DNA of 64,000 nucleotides, taken from contig CAZTCB010000002.1 in assembly GCA_964612455.1 (NCBI GenBank), positions 13,809 to 77,808 of the forward strand, read 5' to 3'. Positions 36,935 to 46,400 of the stretch are shown here, in pieces (position 1 is the first letter of the stretch; each line of letters starts with the position of its first letter). A program made the translations under genes and the position numbers. This stretch comes from an uncultured Subdoligranulum sp. (lineage in GTDB: Bacteria; Bacillota; Clostridia; Christensenellales; CAG-314). The notes beneath the pieces are model-generated. The model ran no database searches. It was not told the DNA's origin and saw only the letters and a list, made by a program, of their open reading frames with translations.

Positions 36935-38776
36935 ATGAAAAAGAGATTTTTGTTATTTATTGCGGTTGTTTGTTTTGTGGCTCTTTTGGGTTGTCTTGTG
37001 GCGTGTGCCGAAAAAGAACCCGACGATGATCCGAGAGCTTTGTCTTTGGCAGCACCTGAAAAGCTCAGCGCAGAGGGGAGAGTTGTTATATGGAAGGCGG
37101 TCGAAAATGCCGTCGGATACGTCGTCAATTTTGAAAGAAACGATTATGAAACGACGTCAACTACGTTTAATTTGTTTTTTAGCGATGCCGAGGGAGAATT
37201 AGAACTCTCTGTTAGAGCGATAGGCGACGGTATTAACTATACAAATTCCGATTGGTCGACTACGCACGTTACGTTGAGCAAAAAGGTGACTCAAGCACGC
37301 GATGATTCGGGGCTATTGTATACGCTTTTGTCGGATAGAGAGGGATATGAGGTTTCGTATGGTACTCCTGATAGTAGAAAAGGTAAAATCGTTATTCCTG
37401 ACTTTTTTGCCGACCTTCCCGTTACGCGAATCGCCGATTATGGCTTTGGTGATTTTAGGACAGACGTCAATCCGCTTAAAGAAATAAATTGCAATACGGT
37501 GACGACCGGGGTTGTCTTTCCCAAGTATCTCAAAACTATAGGCGTCGGGGCATTTTATTGCTGTGTAAGGCTTGCCGACGTCGGAGCTATTCCTGATACT
37601 GTAACGGAAATTTGCGGAGGAGCTTTTAGCGGTTGTACGCATTTGACAAGTATTGCGCTACCTAAAGGTTTGAAAGAAATTCCCGCAAATTGTTTTAAGA
37701 ATACGGCACTCGCCGAGATTGTTTTGCCGGAGCAACTGGAACGCATATGCGATCAGGCGTTTTATTGTCAATATCTGACACCTACCAATGAACATTGTTA
37801 TTCTGAGCTTTCAGAGGTAGTTATACCGGAGTCGGTGCAATATATCGGTATCGGTGCGTTTTATGGGCGCGAAAAGCTAAAGACGATAACAATGTCAGAC
37901 AAAGTGGATTTAAGAAGAGGAGCTTTAGACAAGACGCTGTGGTATGAAAATCAACCGAACGGGTGTGTGTATTTAGGTACCATTTTGTATTCTTACAAAG
38001 GCGAGATGCCCGAAAACTGTGAGCTGACGATAGATTTTGCTACCACTAAAGCAATAGGAGATATGGCGTTTGCGGGGCAAAAAAATCTTAAGAAGATATA
38101 CGTAGAGGATGGCGTAAAGTTTTTGGGTGAATGTACGTTTTCTTCCTGCTCGTCGTTGAGCGAGGTGCGGTTGCCGTCGGACATGACGTCGATACTTTTG
38201 GGAATGTTCGGCGTTTGCGAAAGTCTTAAGTCGATAGAACTGCCAAAAACAGTATCGTTTATTGATATCGGAGCTTTTAGCGGTTCCGGGTTAGAAACCA
38301 TTTATATTCCGTCCGGCGAAATAGAAGACAGGGCTTTTATTGGCTGTGTGGCATTAAAAGAAGCAGTATTGGCGGACGGTGTCGAGTATTTAGGGAGAGA
38401 AGCGTTTAAAGATTGTACTGCCTTGACGAAAGTAGTTTTGCCTGATACGTTAAAAAGTATAGGAGTGCTTGCTTTTTCGGGGTGTAACTCTCTCGAGACG
38501 GTTAAGATTCCGTCGTCGGTGATTGCTCTCGGCGCCGAGCCTTTTGCATCGTGTGAAAAATTGACAGAGGTTTACTATTGCGGTAATTTCGAACAGTGGG
38601 AGACTCTTTTGTATAGCAACAACAAAGATAAAAAAGATGCTTTTTCATCGGCAACGGTTTATTTTTATTCCGCAACGCAACCGTCTAATAATGGTAACTA
38701 TTGGCATTACGACGGTAGTGGCAATAGTATAAAATGGAATGGTCCTGCGGACGATACAATCGATAAAGAGGATTGA
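36935..38776 (+). CDS. Lipoprotein with Fn3-like domain and BspA-type leucine-rich repeats (paralog 3)
   Basis: Starts 2 nt after the family A stop codon. Lipobox LVAC. LRR_5-like repeats. C-terminal YWHYDGSGNSIKW. Confidence 0.8.
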   Translation: MKKRFLLFIAVVCFVALLGCLVACAEKEPDDDPRALSLAAPEKLSAEGRVVIWKAVENAVGYVVNFERNDYETTSTTFNLFFSDAEGELELSVRAIGDGINYTNSDWSTTHVTLSKKVTQARDDSGLLYTLLSDREGYEVSYGTPDSRKGKIVIPDFFADLPVTRIADYGFGDFRTDVNPLKEINCNTVTTGVVFPKYLKTIGVGAFYCCVRLADVGAIPDTVTEICGGAFSGCTHLTSIALPKGLKEIPANCFKNTALAEIVLPEQLERICDQAFYCQYLTPTNEHCYSELSEVVIPESVQYIGIGAFYGREKLKTITMSDKVDLRRGALDKTLWYENQPNGCVYLGTILYSYKGEMPENCELTIDFATTKAIGDMAFAGQKNLKKIYVEDGVKFLGECTFSSCSSLSEVRLPSDMTSILLGMFGVCESLKSIELPKTVSFIDIGAFSGSGLETIYIPSGEIEDRAFIGCVALKEAVLADGVEYLGREAFKDCTALTKVVLPDTLKSIGVLAFSGCNSLETVKIPSSVIALGAEPFASCEKLTEVYYCGNFEQWETLLYSNNKDKKDAFSSATVYFYSATQPSNNGNYWHYDGSGNSIKWNGPADDTIDKED

Positions 38777-38836
38777 TTTATCTTTCGTAATCTCGTCGGT
38801 AACGGGAAAGAAATAACGGCAGTGAAATAAGTGCGG

Positions 38837-38888
38837 CTCAATAATGAAAAAAAATTAAAAGATTTTGTTATATCTCGCCAAAAAGTTT
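38837..38888. repeat. 52-bp module-end repeat, copy A
   Basis: Matches 43246-43297 with 2 mismatches. Its last 13 nt (CGCCAAAAAGTTT) are also the first 13 nt of the 88-bp repeat. Confidence 0.9.
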
Positions 38889-38963
38889 GCGGCTGAGAAA
38901 GACAACGCATAATTTAATATTTTTTATCGCAACAGTCCCGATGTTTTTGAACACGGGACTGTT
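38876..38963. repeat. 88-bp direct repeat, right copy (orphan EF-G 3' end plus complete terminator)
   Basis: Identical to 35728-35815. Here the hairpin is followed by a T-run. Confidence 0.95.
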
Positions 38964-39211
38964 TTTTACCTTTTTAAATACGTCTTTCTAAAAAAAATAG
39001 GTCGTTTCGTCATATTGTAATAAATAATACGCAGAAACCGGAAGTGTGAGAATAATATCATGATTATTTTATCAGATATTCACCTATCTTTTCTTTCTGA
39101 ATTGTCATGTATATAGAGAGAAAAATAATATGGAAAAAGACGCGACTAAAATACGAAAGGGTGCTTTGGTCGAAATATAATTTATTGCTGACAACGGAGG
39201 TAAAAGAAAAA

Positions 39212-41611
39212 ATGAAAAGAAAATTGTTAGTGGTTGTATTTTTATTGCTGAGTTTACTCTCGACGGTGTTACTGTCGTCGTGTAGCGGCAGAGTGACGGT
39301 GACGCTTGAAACCAATACCACGGCAGGGACGGAAAAGGTAAAGTTTAACAAGGGTGAGACAATCGGAGATTTGCTTACGCCGACCAAAGTCGGTTTTGAG
39401 TTTGACGGATGGTATTACGACCAATTGTTTAAAAATCCAGTTAGCTCTACGGACGAGGTCGTTAAATGCACCGTATACGCCAAGTGGATTCCGACCGTGT
39501 ATGAAAAAATAGCGGTAGGAAGCACGGCTTGTGCCGCCATATACGTAGACGGCGGCTTGTACACATGGGGTACAAATGATAAAGGCGTTTTGGGTACGGG
39601 AGATTACTACTCGTCTAAGGAGCCTGTCAGGATAATGCCGGACAAGACGTTTGTTCATGTCGCCGCTGACAATTCTTTATTTGTGGCTATAGATAGTGAC
39701 GGACAGTTGTATCAATGGGGGGCTATTTGCTACGGGTTTTTAAGTGGGTATGAGTGCGATGAGTTTAATCTGCCGACGCCGATGGCGTCTGATGTGAGAT
39801 TTAAACAAGCAGACGTTGATGACGGCAATGGTTTGAGCGGGGTTATTTTGGCTCTTGACGTAGACGGCAATATCTGGAGTTGGGGAGATAACCAGTTCAA
39901 ACAGCTCGGCATGTCCGGTGTGGCTTACTCTAAAACTCCCCTAAAAATCGATTCGGATTATAAATTTACAAAGGTTTCTGTAGGTTCGCAAAATTGCGCT
40001 GCCATTACTACAAAGGGTATCCTGTATACCTGGGGCGCCAACGGTGTCGGTTTAGGTTCTTCGGTAAAGCTGACTTTTTCGTCCGTAAATCTTTTGTCGA
40101 TGTATAAAGTGGATATCGGCGGCGAAAAAGTAAAAGACGTTTCTTTGGGTACTTTATACGGGCTTGCTTTAAGCAAAAGCGGTACCGTGTATAGTTGGGG
40201 ACAAAACAACAAGGGTGAGATCGGCAACGGTACGGTTAATTCGCGAGACGTCTACAATAGCGTGGTTTATCCTGAGGCGATATGGACGTCGGGAGAAAAA
40301 ATAGCAAGGGTAAAAGCACAAGGTAGCACCTCTTTGGTTATTGCCGAGTCAGGTAACGTATACGTATTTGGGGCAATGCTTTCGGTAATGGCGGAATCCG
40401 AGGAACTTTCCATCCGAACGGTGCCGTACAGGCTATATGACGACGCAAGGTATACTTACGTCGCGTGTTCTTTGTCTGGCGGCGTATTGTTGACTATGAC
40501 GGATGACGGCGAGTGTTTTTCATCGGGAAACAATGCTTATATGATGATTGGCAACGGAGAGAGCTACGCCACGACCGAACCTACGAAAGCCACTACCGAC
40601 ATGTCGATAGAGTACTACAATACGACAAACGGTAATACGGTGTTTATCATCGATACCGACGGACAACTGTGGGGCTACGGTAAAAACGATTACGGTCAGT
40701 TGGGAGACGGAACAACTACCGATCGTACGAAACACACCAAGATACTCGACGGAGTAAAGGTCAAGGATTTTTACGAATATAACGGTAATTGCGCATGTAT
40801 AGACGTCGACGGAAACCTGTATGTTTGGGGAAGAAATAAAAACGGCGTACTCGGTACGGGCAATACGGATATGATACTTACGCCTACAAAAATAACGGAA
40901 AGTCGTTTTAAATTTATTAATTTGAGGGTGTTCGGTAGCGCCATAGATATATACGGCAACGTGTGGGCGTGCGGGACTCCTACCAGAGAGGGTTTTATTG
41001 GCAATAAAAACGAAACTTTCGGTTGGCAAAAAGTGACGGACGGCGTAACGTTTGAGTATGCGGATGTTACTGCCGGCGACTTAATCGGACTCGATAAAAA
41101 CGGTGACGTATATTGTCTCGACGCAAATAAATATTCAGAATTGACTAAACTCGATTACGGTACAAAGTTTTGTAAAATCGTTCGCGCCGGTTCGACTACC
41201 ATGTTGCTGTCTACGGACGGTAGACTGTACGGTTACGGCAGTAACTATTACGGCATATTAAATTCCGATGAAGACACCGTGTCTGCCGCCGCGCCGAGTT
41301 TGATAGCCGAGGGCGTAACTGAGGTATATACGGACGGAAAGTCGGCAGTGATAAAAAAAGACGGTAAATACTATGGATGCGGATATTATTTCGGAATCCT
41401 GTTGGGCACTAACTACGTCAAAGACGTAGAGGATTACACACCGATAGCAATAAGCGTAAACGTTAAAAAGGTATTCTGTTCTTTTAGCGGTAGAGCGCTG
41501 TTTGTCTTGTCGGATGATAATCGATTGTATGGATGGGGGGTGATAGGAGAAGATATTAAAGAGTGGAATACTATGTGTTCTGATATTTATAGGTATAGAA
41601 TTAGTTTTTAA
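39212..41611 (+). CDS. RCC1-repeat (beta-propeller) lipoprotein with N-terminal Listeria/Bacteroides-type repeat
   Basis: Lipobox LSSC. GFEFDGWYYD...VYAKW repeat. Multiple WG.N..GQLG-type blades (WGDNQFKQLG, WGQNNKGEIGNG, GKNDYGQLGDGTT, WGRNKNGVLGTG). Confidence 0.85.
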   Translation: MKRKLLVVVFLLLSLLSTVLLSSCSGRVTVTLETNTTAGTEKVKFNKGETIGDLLTPTKVGFEFDGWYYDQLFKNPVSSTDEVVKCTVYAKWIPTVYEKIAVGSTACAAIYVDGGLYTWGTNDKGVLGTGDYYSSKEPVRIMPDKTFVHVAADNSLFVAIDSDGQLYQWGAICYGFLSGYECDEFNLPTPMASDVRFKQADVDDGNGLSGVILALDVDGNIWSWGDNQFKQLGMSGVAYSKTPLKIDSDYKFTKVSVGSQNCAAITTKGILYTWGANGVGLGSSVKLTFSSVNLLSMYKVDIGGEKVKDVSLGTLYGLALSKSGTVYSWGQNNKGEIGNGTVNSRDVYNSVVYPEAIWTSGEKIARVKAQGSTSLVIAESGNVYVFGAMLSVMAESEELSIRTVPYRLYDDARYTYVACSLSGGVLLTMTDDGECFSSGNNAYMMIGNGESYATTEPTKATTDMSIEYYNTTNGNTVFIIDTDGQLWGYGKNDYGQLGDGTTTDRTKHTKILDGVKVKDFYEYNGNCACIDVDGNLYVWGRNKNGVLGTGNTDMILTPTKITESRFKFINLRVFGSAIDIYGNVWACGTPTREGFIGNKNETFGWQKVTDGVTFEYADVTAGDLIGLDKNGDVYCLDANKYSELTKLDYGTKFCKIVRAGSTTMLLSTDGRLYGYGSNYYGILNSDEDTVSAAAPSLIAEGVTEVYTDGKSAVIKKDGKYYGCGYYFGILLGTNYVKDVEDYTPIAISVNVKKVFCSFSGRALFVLSDDNRLYGWGVIGEDIKEWNTMCSDIYRYRISF

Positions 41612-41642
41612 TTTTAAGAAGTGCAAAAAGGAGAAAGTTATT

Positions 41643-43241
41643 ATGAAAAAAGGTTTGTTTAAAACAATGTCTGCATTAATGTTGGTTTTAATGCTGTTAA
41701 TGATGACGGAAAGTATCTCTGCCGTAGTTTTTGCCGATTCGCCGGTAAATATTTCTATATCCGTTGACGAGGATTTTGGCGATTTGGATATTTTTACTAT
41801 GACGCACGCAAGTAAAAGCGCGGATTATATTTTTACCTGTATTTACGACAGGTTGATAGAGCTCGACAGTGATGGCAATTTTGTTCCGTCGCTTGTGACG
41901 TCATGGCAAGTCATACCCGATCCGAATGCGGAGGGGTATGGCAATCCGATAAATATCTCCGATTACGAATTTATTGAGTTATCTGAAGAGTTGTCAGATG
42001 AAATCATTGACGGTTGGTCTGCCGAGCCCGAGGATTTAACGTTTTTAAGTCCTGACGAAATGGAGTTTTTTGACGGACCGGGTACTTTGATTCTGGAGTT
42101 GACGTTACGGCAGAACGTAGTATTTTACGACGGTGCTGATTTTAACGCTCATAAATTAGCTGAGTTTATAGATTTTACGCAAACTTGTTCGTCGGATACG
42201 TTGATATACAAACAGTGGGAGTGTGTAACTCCACGCATCGTTTCCGACTATGTTTTGAGATTATATTTTGATTTTAGTAACGTATCTTACGGATACTATG
42301 ATTTTTTATATGGTCTTACGTCGCCAATAGCAAGCATAGCCGATATAAGGGAAGAATCGCAAGTGGACGAAGATTGCTCGATGGGGGCTTATTGTTTGCG
42401 TTCTGTTGAGGAGTCTCAATACGTTGAGATTGGTAAAAATGACAATTGGTGGGATACGAGAGGGGTTTATGCCGACACGTTGACTTTTTATTATACAAAC
42501 GTAAATGCGTCAAGCTATAGATTGTACGATATTAATGTTATGTCGGGTTCGGATTGTTATGCAATGGATTTAAATTCGGCTGACACGGTTGCGAACAATC
42601 CGATTATTATTAAAGATTGTCGACAGGACGTATCTTCACATGCTATTCTTTCGGTGATTAGTTATCCCGGTATGGCAGCTGCTGCAGCTGCTGATGCCGA
42701 TATTCGTCTCGTGACGGAGTCTCCTGATTATTGGATATATTACGATATATGTGCAATAGCTCCGATAGATATGTCGTGGGTAGGAGACGTTTCGATATTG
42801 TGTCCGGATTCGTTTACTTGTCGCTACGTAGCCGAGGCGGTGGATACGTTTTTGAGAGAATTAAATATAAACTCGTCGTTAAATATAGTACCTACGGAGG
42901 AGTTTGACACTGAAATCGAAACGGGTTCTTACGACTTTATAATAAAAGAGGTAGAAATGGAGTATATAAACTCAAATTATCTTGAGTTTTACGGATTTAC
43001 GGGAGACAATAACGCAGATGATATCATGGATTTGGCGAAAAAGAGCAAAACAAGAAATGCATATTACAATATGCAGTTGCAGACGCAAGCGTACATGTTT
43101 TCTGAGAGATACGTCGGAAATTTCGGGTGGACTACCAAGGAAATTGTATATGGAGGGGACGTTATTGACGGTTTGATTGTTCCCGATTGTTTTTGCCCGT
43201 ATGGTAACGCCGGTAGAATAGATTTCAGGTGGGTACGTTAG
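41643..43241 (+). CDS. Secreted solute-binding-protein family 5-like protein (orphan, no ABC partners nearby)
   Basis: Signal peptide. IYDRLIELDSDGNFVPSLVTSWQV and LTLRQNVVFYDGADFNA resemble SBP_bac_5 N-terminal motifs. Confidence 0.55.
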   Translation: MKKGLFKTMSALMLVLMLLMMTESISAVVFADSPVNISISVDEDFGDLDIFTMTHASKSADYIFTCIYDRLIELDSDGNFVPSLVTSWQVIPDPNAEGYGNPINISDYEFIELSEELSDEIIDGWSAEPEDLTFLSPDEMEFFDGPGTLILELTLRQNVVFYDGADFNAHKLAEFIDFTQTCSSDTLIYKQWECVTPRIVSDYVLRLYFDFSNVSYGYYDFLYGLTSPIASIADIREESQVDEDCSMGAYCLRSVEESQYVEIGKNDNWWDTRGVYADTLTFYYTNVNASSYRLYDINVMSGSDCYAMDLNSADTVANNPIIIKDCRQDVSSHAILSVISYPGMAAAAAADADIRLVTESPDYWIYYDICAIAPIDMSWVGDVSILCPDSFTCRYVAEAVDTFLRELNINSSLNIVPTEEFDTEIETGSYDFIIKEVEMEYINSNYLEFYGFTGDNNADDIMDLAKKSKTRNAYYNMQLQTQAYMFSERYVGNFGWTTKEIVYGGDVIDGLIVPDCFCPYGNAGRIDFRWVR

Positions 43242-43245
43242 AAAT

Positions 43246-43297
43246 CTCAATAATGAAAAAATATTAAAAGATTTTGTTTTATCTCGCCAAAAAGTTT
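43246..43297. repeat. 52-bp module-end repeat, copy B
   Basis: Begins 4 nt after the SBP-like stop codon. 50/52 identity to 38837-38888. Confidence 0.9.
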
Positions 43298-43426
43298 CAC
43301 GACGAGTGAGTAACAATAAATCCACAAAAATTTTAAAATTTGTGGATAACTCGGTGGATAAGTGCATAACTCCTTTGATTTTTCACGTTCTTTTGTTAAA
43401 ATAGGGCTATTAAAGCTGATTTTTTA

Positions 43427-43466
43427 AAAAAAATAAGAGGCAGACAAATTTTGTCTGCCTCTTTTA
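43427..43466. terminator. Bidirectional intrinsic terminator (nifJ end)
   Basis: AAGAGGCAGACAAA/TTTGTCTGCCTCTT stem flanked by an A-run and a T-run. Confidence 0.8.
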
Positions 43467-43478
43467 TCTTGTCAAAAA

Positions 43479-46400
43479 TCAGTCGTTTTTAGCGAGATTT
43501 TCGTACTTGGCAAGTCTCTCTTTGGAGTCTTTTTCGGTCTTGACAAAGAGTTGTTCCGCTACTTCGGGCATTGTCTTGAGCAAGCTCGTGTAGCGAGTTT
43601 CTTTGCGTAAAAACTCCTGATAGTCGCCCGTCGGTTTTTTGCTGTCGAGAGTGAAGGGGTTTTTACCTTCGTCGGCGAGAGACGGGTTGTAACGATAGAG
43701 TTGCCAGTAACCGCAATCAACTGCCTCTTTAATGACAGCCTGAGGATTGCTCATATCGATACCGTGGTTGATGCAGGGGGCATAAGCAATGACGAGAGAC
43801 GGTCCCGGATAAGCTTCTGCCTCTTTGAGGGCTTTGACGACTTGTTCGTAATCCGCACCCATACCTACCTGTGCGACGTAAACGTAGCCGTAACTCATAG
43901 CCATCATGCCGAGGTCTTTCTTCTTTGTTCTCTTGCCTGCCGCCGCAAACTTGGCAACCGCGCCCGTCGGAGACGCTTTAGACGCCTGACCGCCGGTGTT
44001 GGAGTAAACTTCGGTATCGAGGACGAGAACGTTGACGTCTTCGCCCTGAGCGAGGACGTGATCCAATCCGCCGTAACCGATATCGTACGCCCAACCGTCG
44101 CCGCCGAAAATCCAGAAGGATTTTTTGACAAAGCAGTCTTCCATCTTGCGGAGTTCTTCTGCTTTTTCGCCTTTCATCGTAGCGAGAACGGTTTTTAGAT
44201 CCTCGGATGCTTTCTTGCTGCCTTCCGCGTCGAGTTTGTTTTCAATCCATGCGTTTGCCGCCGCGACAAATTTGTCGTCCGCGCCTTCGGCAATTATTTC
44301 TTTGAGGAGTCTTTCGACGTTGTCTCTGCGTTGCTGATAGGCAATCTGCATACCAAAGCCGAATTCACTGTTGTCTTCAAACAGACTGTTTGCCCATGCG
44401 GGACCGTGACCTTGCTTGTTGACGGTGTAGGGGCAGGTAGGAGCGCTGCCGCCGTAGATAGAAGAGCAACCCGTCGCGTTGGCGATAATCATTCTGTCGC
44501 CAAAGAGTTGTGTTACGAGTTTGACGTAAGGAGTTTCGCCGCAACCCGCGCAAGCGCCGCTGTATTCAAACAAAGGTTGTTTAAACTGGCTGCTCTTTGC
44601 GTTGAGTTTCATACCGCTTTCGACTTGGTCGACTTTTTCGGAGAACTCAAAGTTGGCAACTTCGTCGACTTTCTCTGCGGGAACCATGACGAGGGCTTTT
44701 TCTTTGGCGATACATACGTTGGCGCAGCTGCCGCAACCGGAGCAGTCCAACGGAGAAACCTGAATACGATATTTAGCACCTTTGACGCCGTTGGCGGCTT
44801 TAGTGACAAACGTCTCGGGTACGACGGTGTTTTCGTCGATTAATACGGGGCGGATTGCCGCGTGCGGGCAGACCATCGAGCAACGGTTGCACTGTATGCA
44901 CTTGGTTGCGTCCCATACGGGGATATTGACGGCGATACCGCGTTTTTCAAAACGGGTGGTAGAAGTAGGTACTACGCCTGCGGGATTGAAAGCGGATACG
45001 GGGAGCTCGTCGCCTTTCTGGTCGAGAATGGGTTTGATAAAGTTGACGAAATAAGGATCGTCGCTGCTCTTTGCCATATCTGCGCCGGTGGTCGCGGTTT
45101 TCCAGCTGTCGGGAACGTTGACTTTAATGAGTCCCTTGACGGCATTGTCGACTGCCGCAAAGTTGCAATCGAGTACTTTTTGACCTTTCTTGCCGTAGGT
45201 CTTGACGATTGCCTTCTTCATATACTCTTCTGCTTGCTCGTAAGGTATAATGTTGGCGAGTTTAAAGAAAGCCGCCTGCATGACCATATTGGTGGATTTT
45301 GCCGAGCCTGCTTCCTTAGCAAGTTTCAAACCGTCGATGATGTAAAATTGAAGGTTTTTGTTGGCAATGTCGTTTTTGACCTTGGCGGGGAGTTTTTCGT
45401 CCAATTCTTCCACCGACCAGTTGCAGTTGAGGAGGAAAGTGCCGCCTTGACGAGCGTCCGCCAACATGTCGTAACGCGTAATGTAGCTCTGGTTGTGGCA
45501 GGCGATAAACTCCGCGTTGTCGATGAGATAGCTGGATTGAATGGGGGTTTTTCCGAAACGCAGGTGGCTGATGGTCAAGCCGCCGGATTTTTTGCTGTCG
45601 TAGGAGAAATACCCTTGAGCGTACAAATCGGTGTGGTCACCGATAATCTTGATGCTGTTTTTGTTGGCGCCGACGGTACCGTCGCTGCCGAGACCGTAAA
45701 ACTTGCAACGAGTCGTCCCCTCGGGAGCAACGTCGATTTTTTCGTCGACGGGGAGAGAGGTAAACGTAACGTCGTCGTTGATACCGACCGTAAAGTGGTT
45801 TTTCGGATTGGTTTGTTGAAGGTTTTTATAGATGGCGAGTATCATAGAAGGCGTAAACTCTTTGCTACCCATACCGTATCTGCCGCCCACGACGGTGTAT
45901 TTGTCCGCCACGCCGTGCTCTTTGAGGCAAGCGACCACGTCGAGATAGAAAGGTTCGCCTAAACTGCCGGCTTCTTTCGTGCGGTCCATGACGGCGATAT
46001 GTTTGACCGTCGCGGGTAATGCCTGAATAAATCTTTCGGAGGGGAAAGGTCTGTAAAGTCTTACTTTAAGAACGCCGACTTTCTTGCCTTGCTTGACGAG
46101 ATAATTGACGGTTTCTTCGCAAGCTTCCGCGCCGCTACCCATGATAACGATGACGTCCGTTGCGTCGGGTGCGCCTACGTAATCGACGAGGTTGTACTTT
46201 CTGCCGGTGAGCTCACCGACTTTTTGCATATATTTTTCTACGATTGCGGGCGTTGCGTCGTACAAACCGTTGCAAGCCTCTCTGTTCTGGAAGTAAATAT
46301 CGGGGTTTTGAGCGGTACCTTGGAGTTGCGGATGCTCGGGGTTGAGTGCGCGTGCTCTAAACTCGTCTACGTACTTTCTGTCGAGCAGTTTGTCCATGTC

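Larger units (their letters stand above)
35816..38875 (+). mobile_element. Putative inserted module (cassette 3) bounded by the 88-bp direct repeats
   Basis: The flanking perfect repeats duplicate the target gene's 3' end. Only the right copy keeps the T-run of the terminator. The first gene is AT-richer than its neighbours. No recombinase gene lies inside. Confidence 0.4.

Noticed and set aside
38837-43297. Integron (attC) or CRISPR interpretation of the 52-bp repeats.
   Set aside because: Only two copies exist, about 4.4 kb apart. They have no attC-like imperfect inverted-repeat symmetry, and no intI or cas genes are in the window.
38707-43367. Minus-strand ORFs 38707-38910 and 42972-43367 sharing the peptide TFWRD.TKSFN.FSLL.
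   Set aside because: The shared peptide is just the translation of the 52-bp DNA repeat. The ORFs otherwise overlap the ends of + strand genes and terminators.
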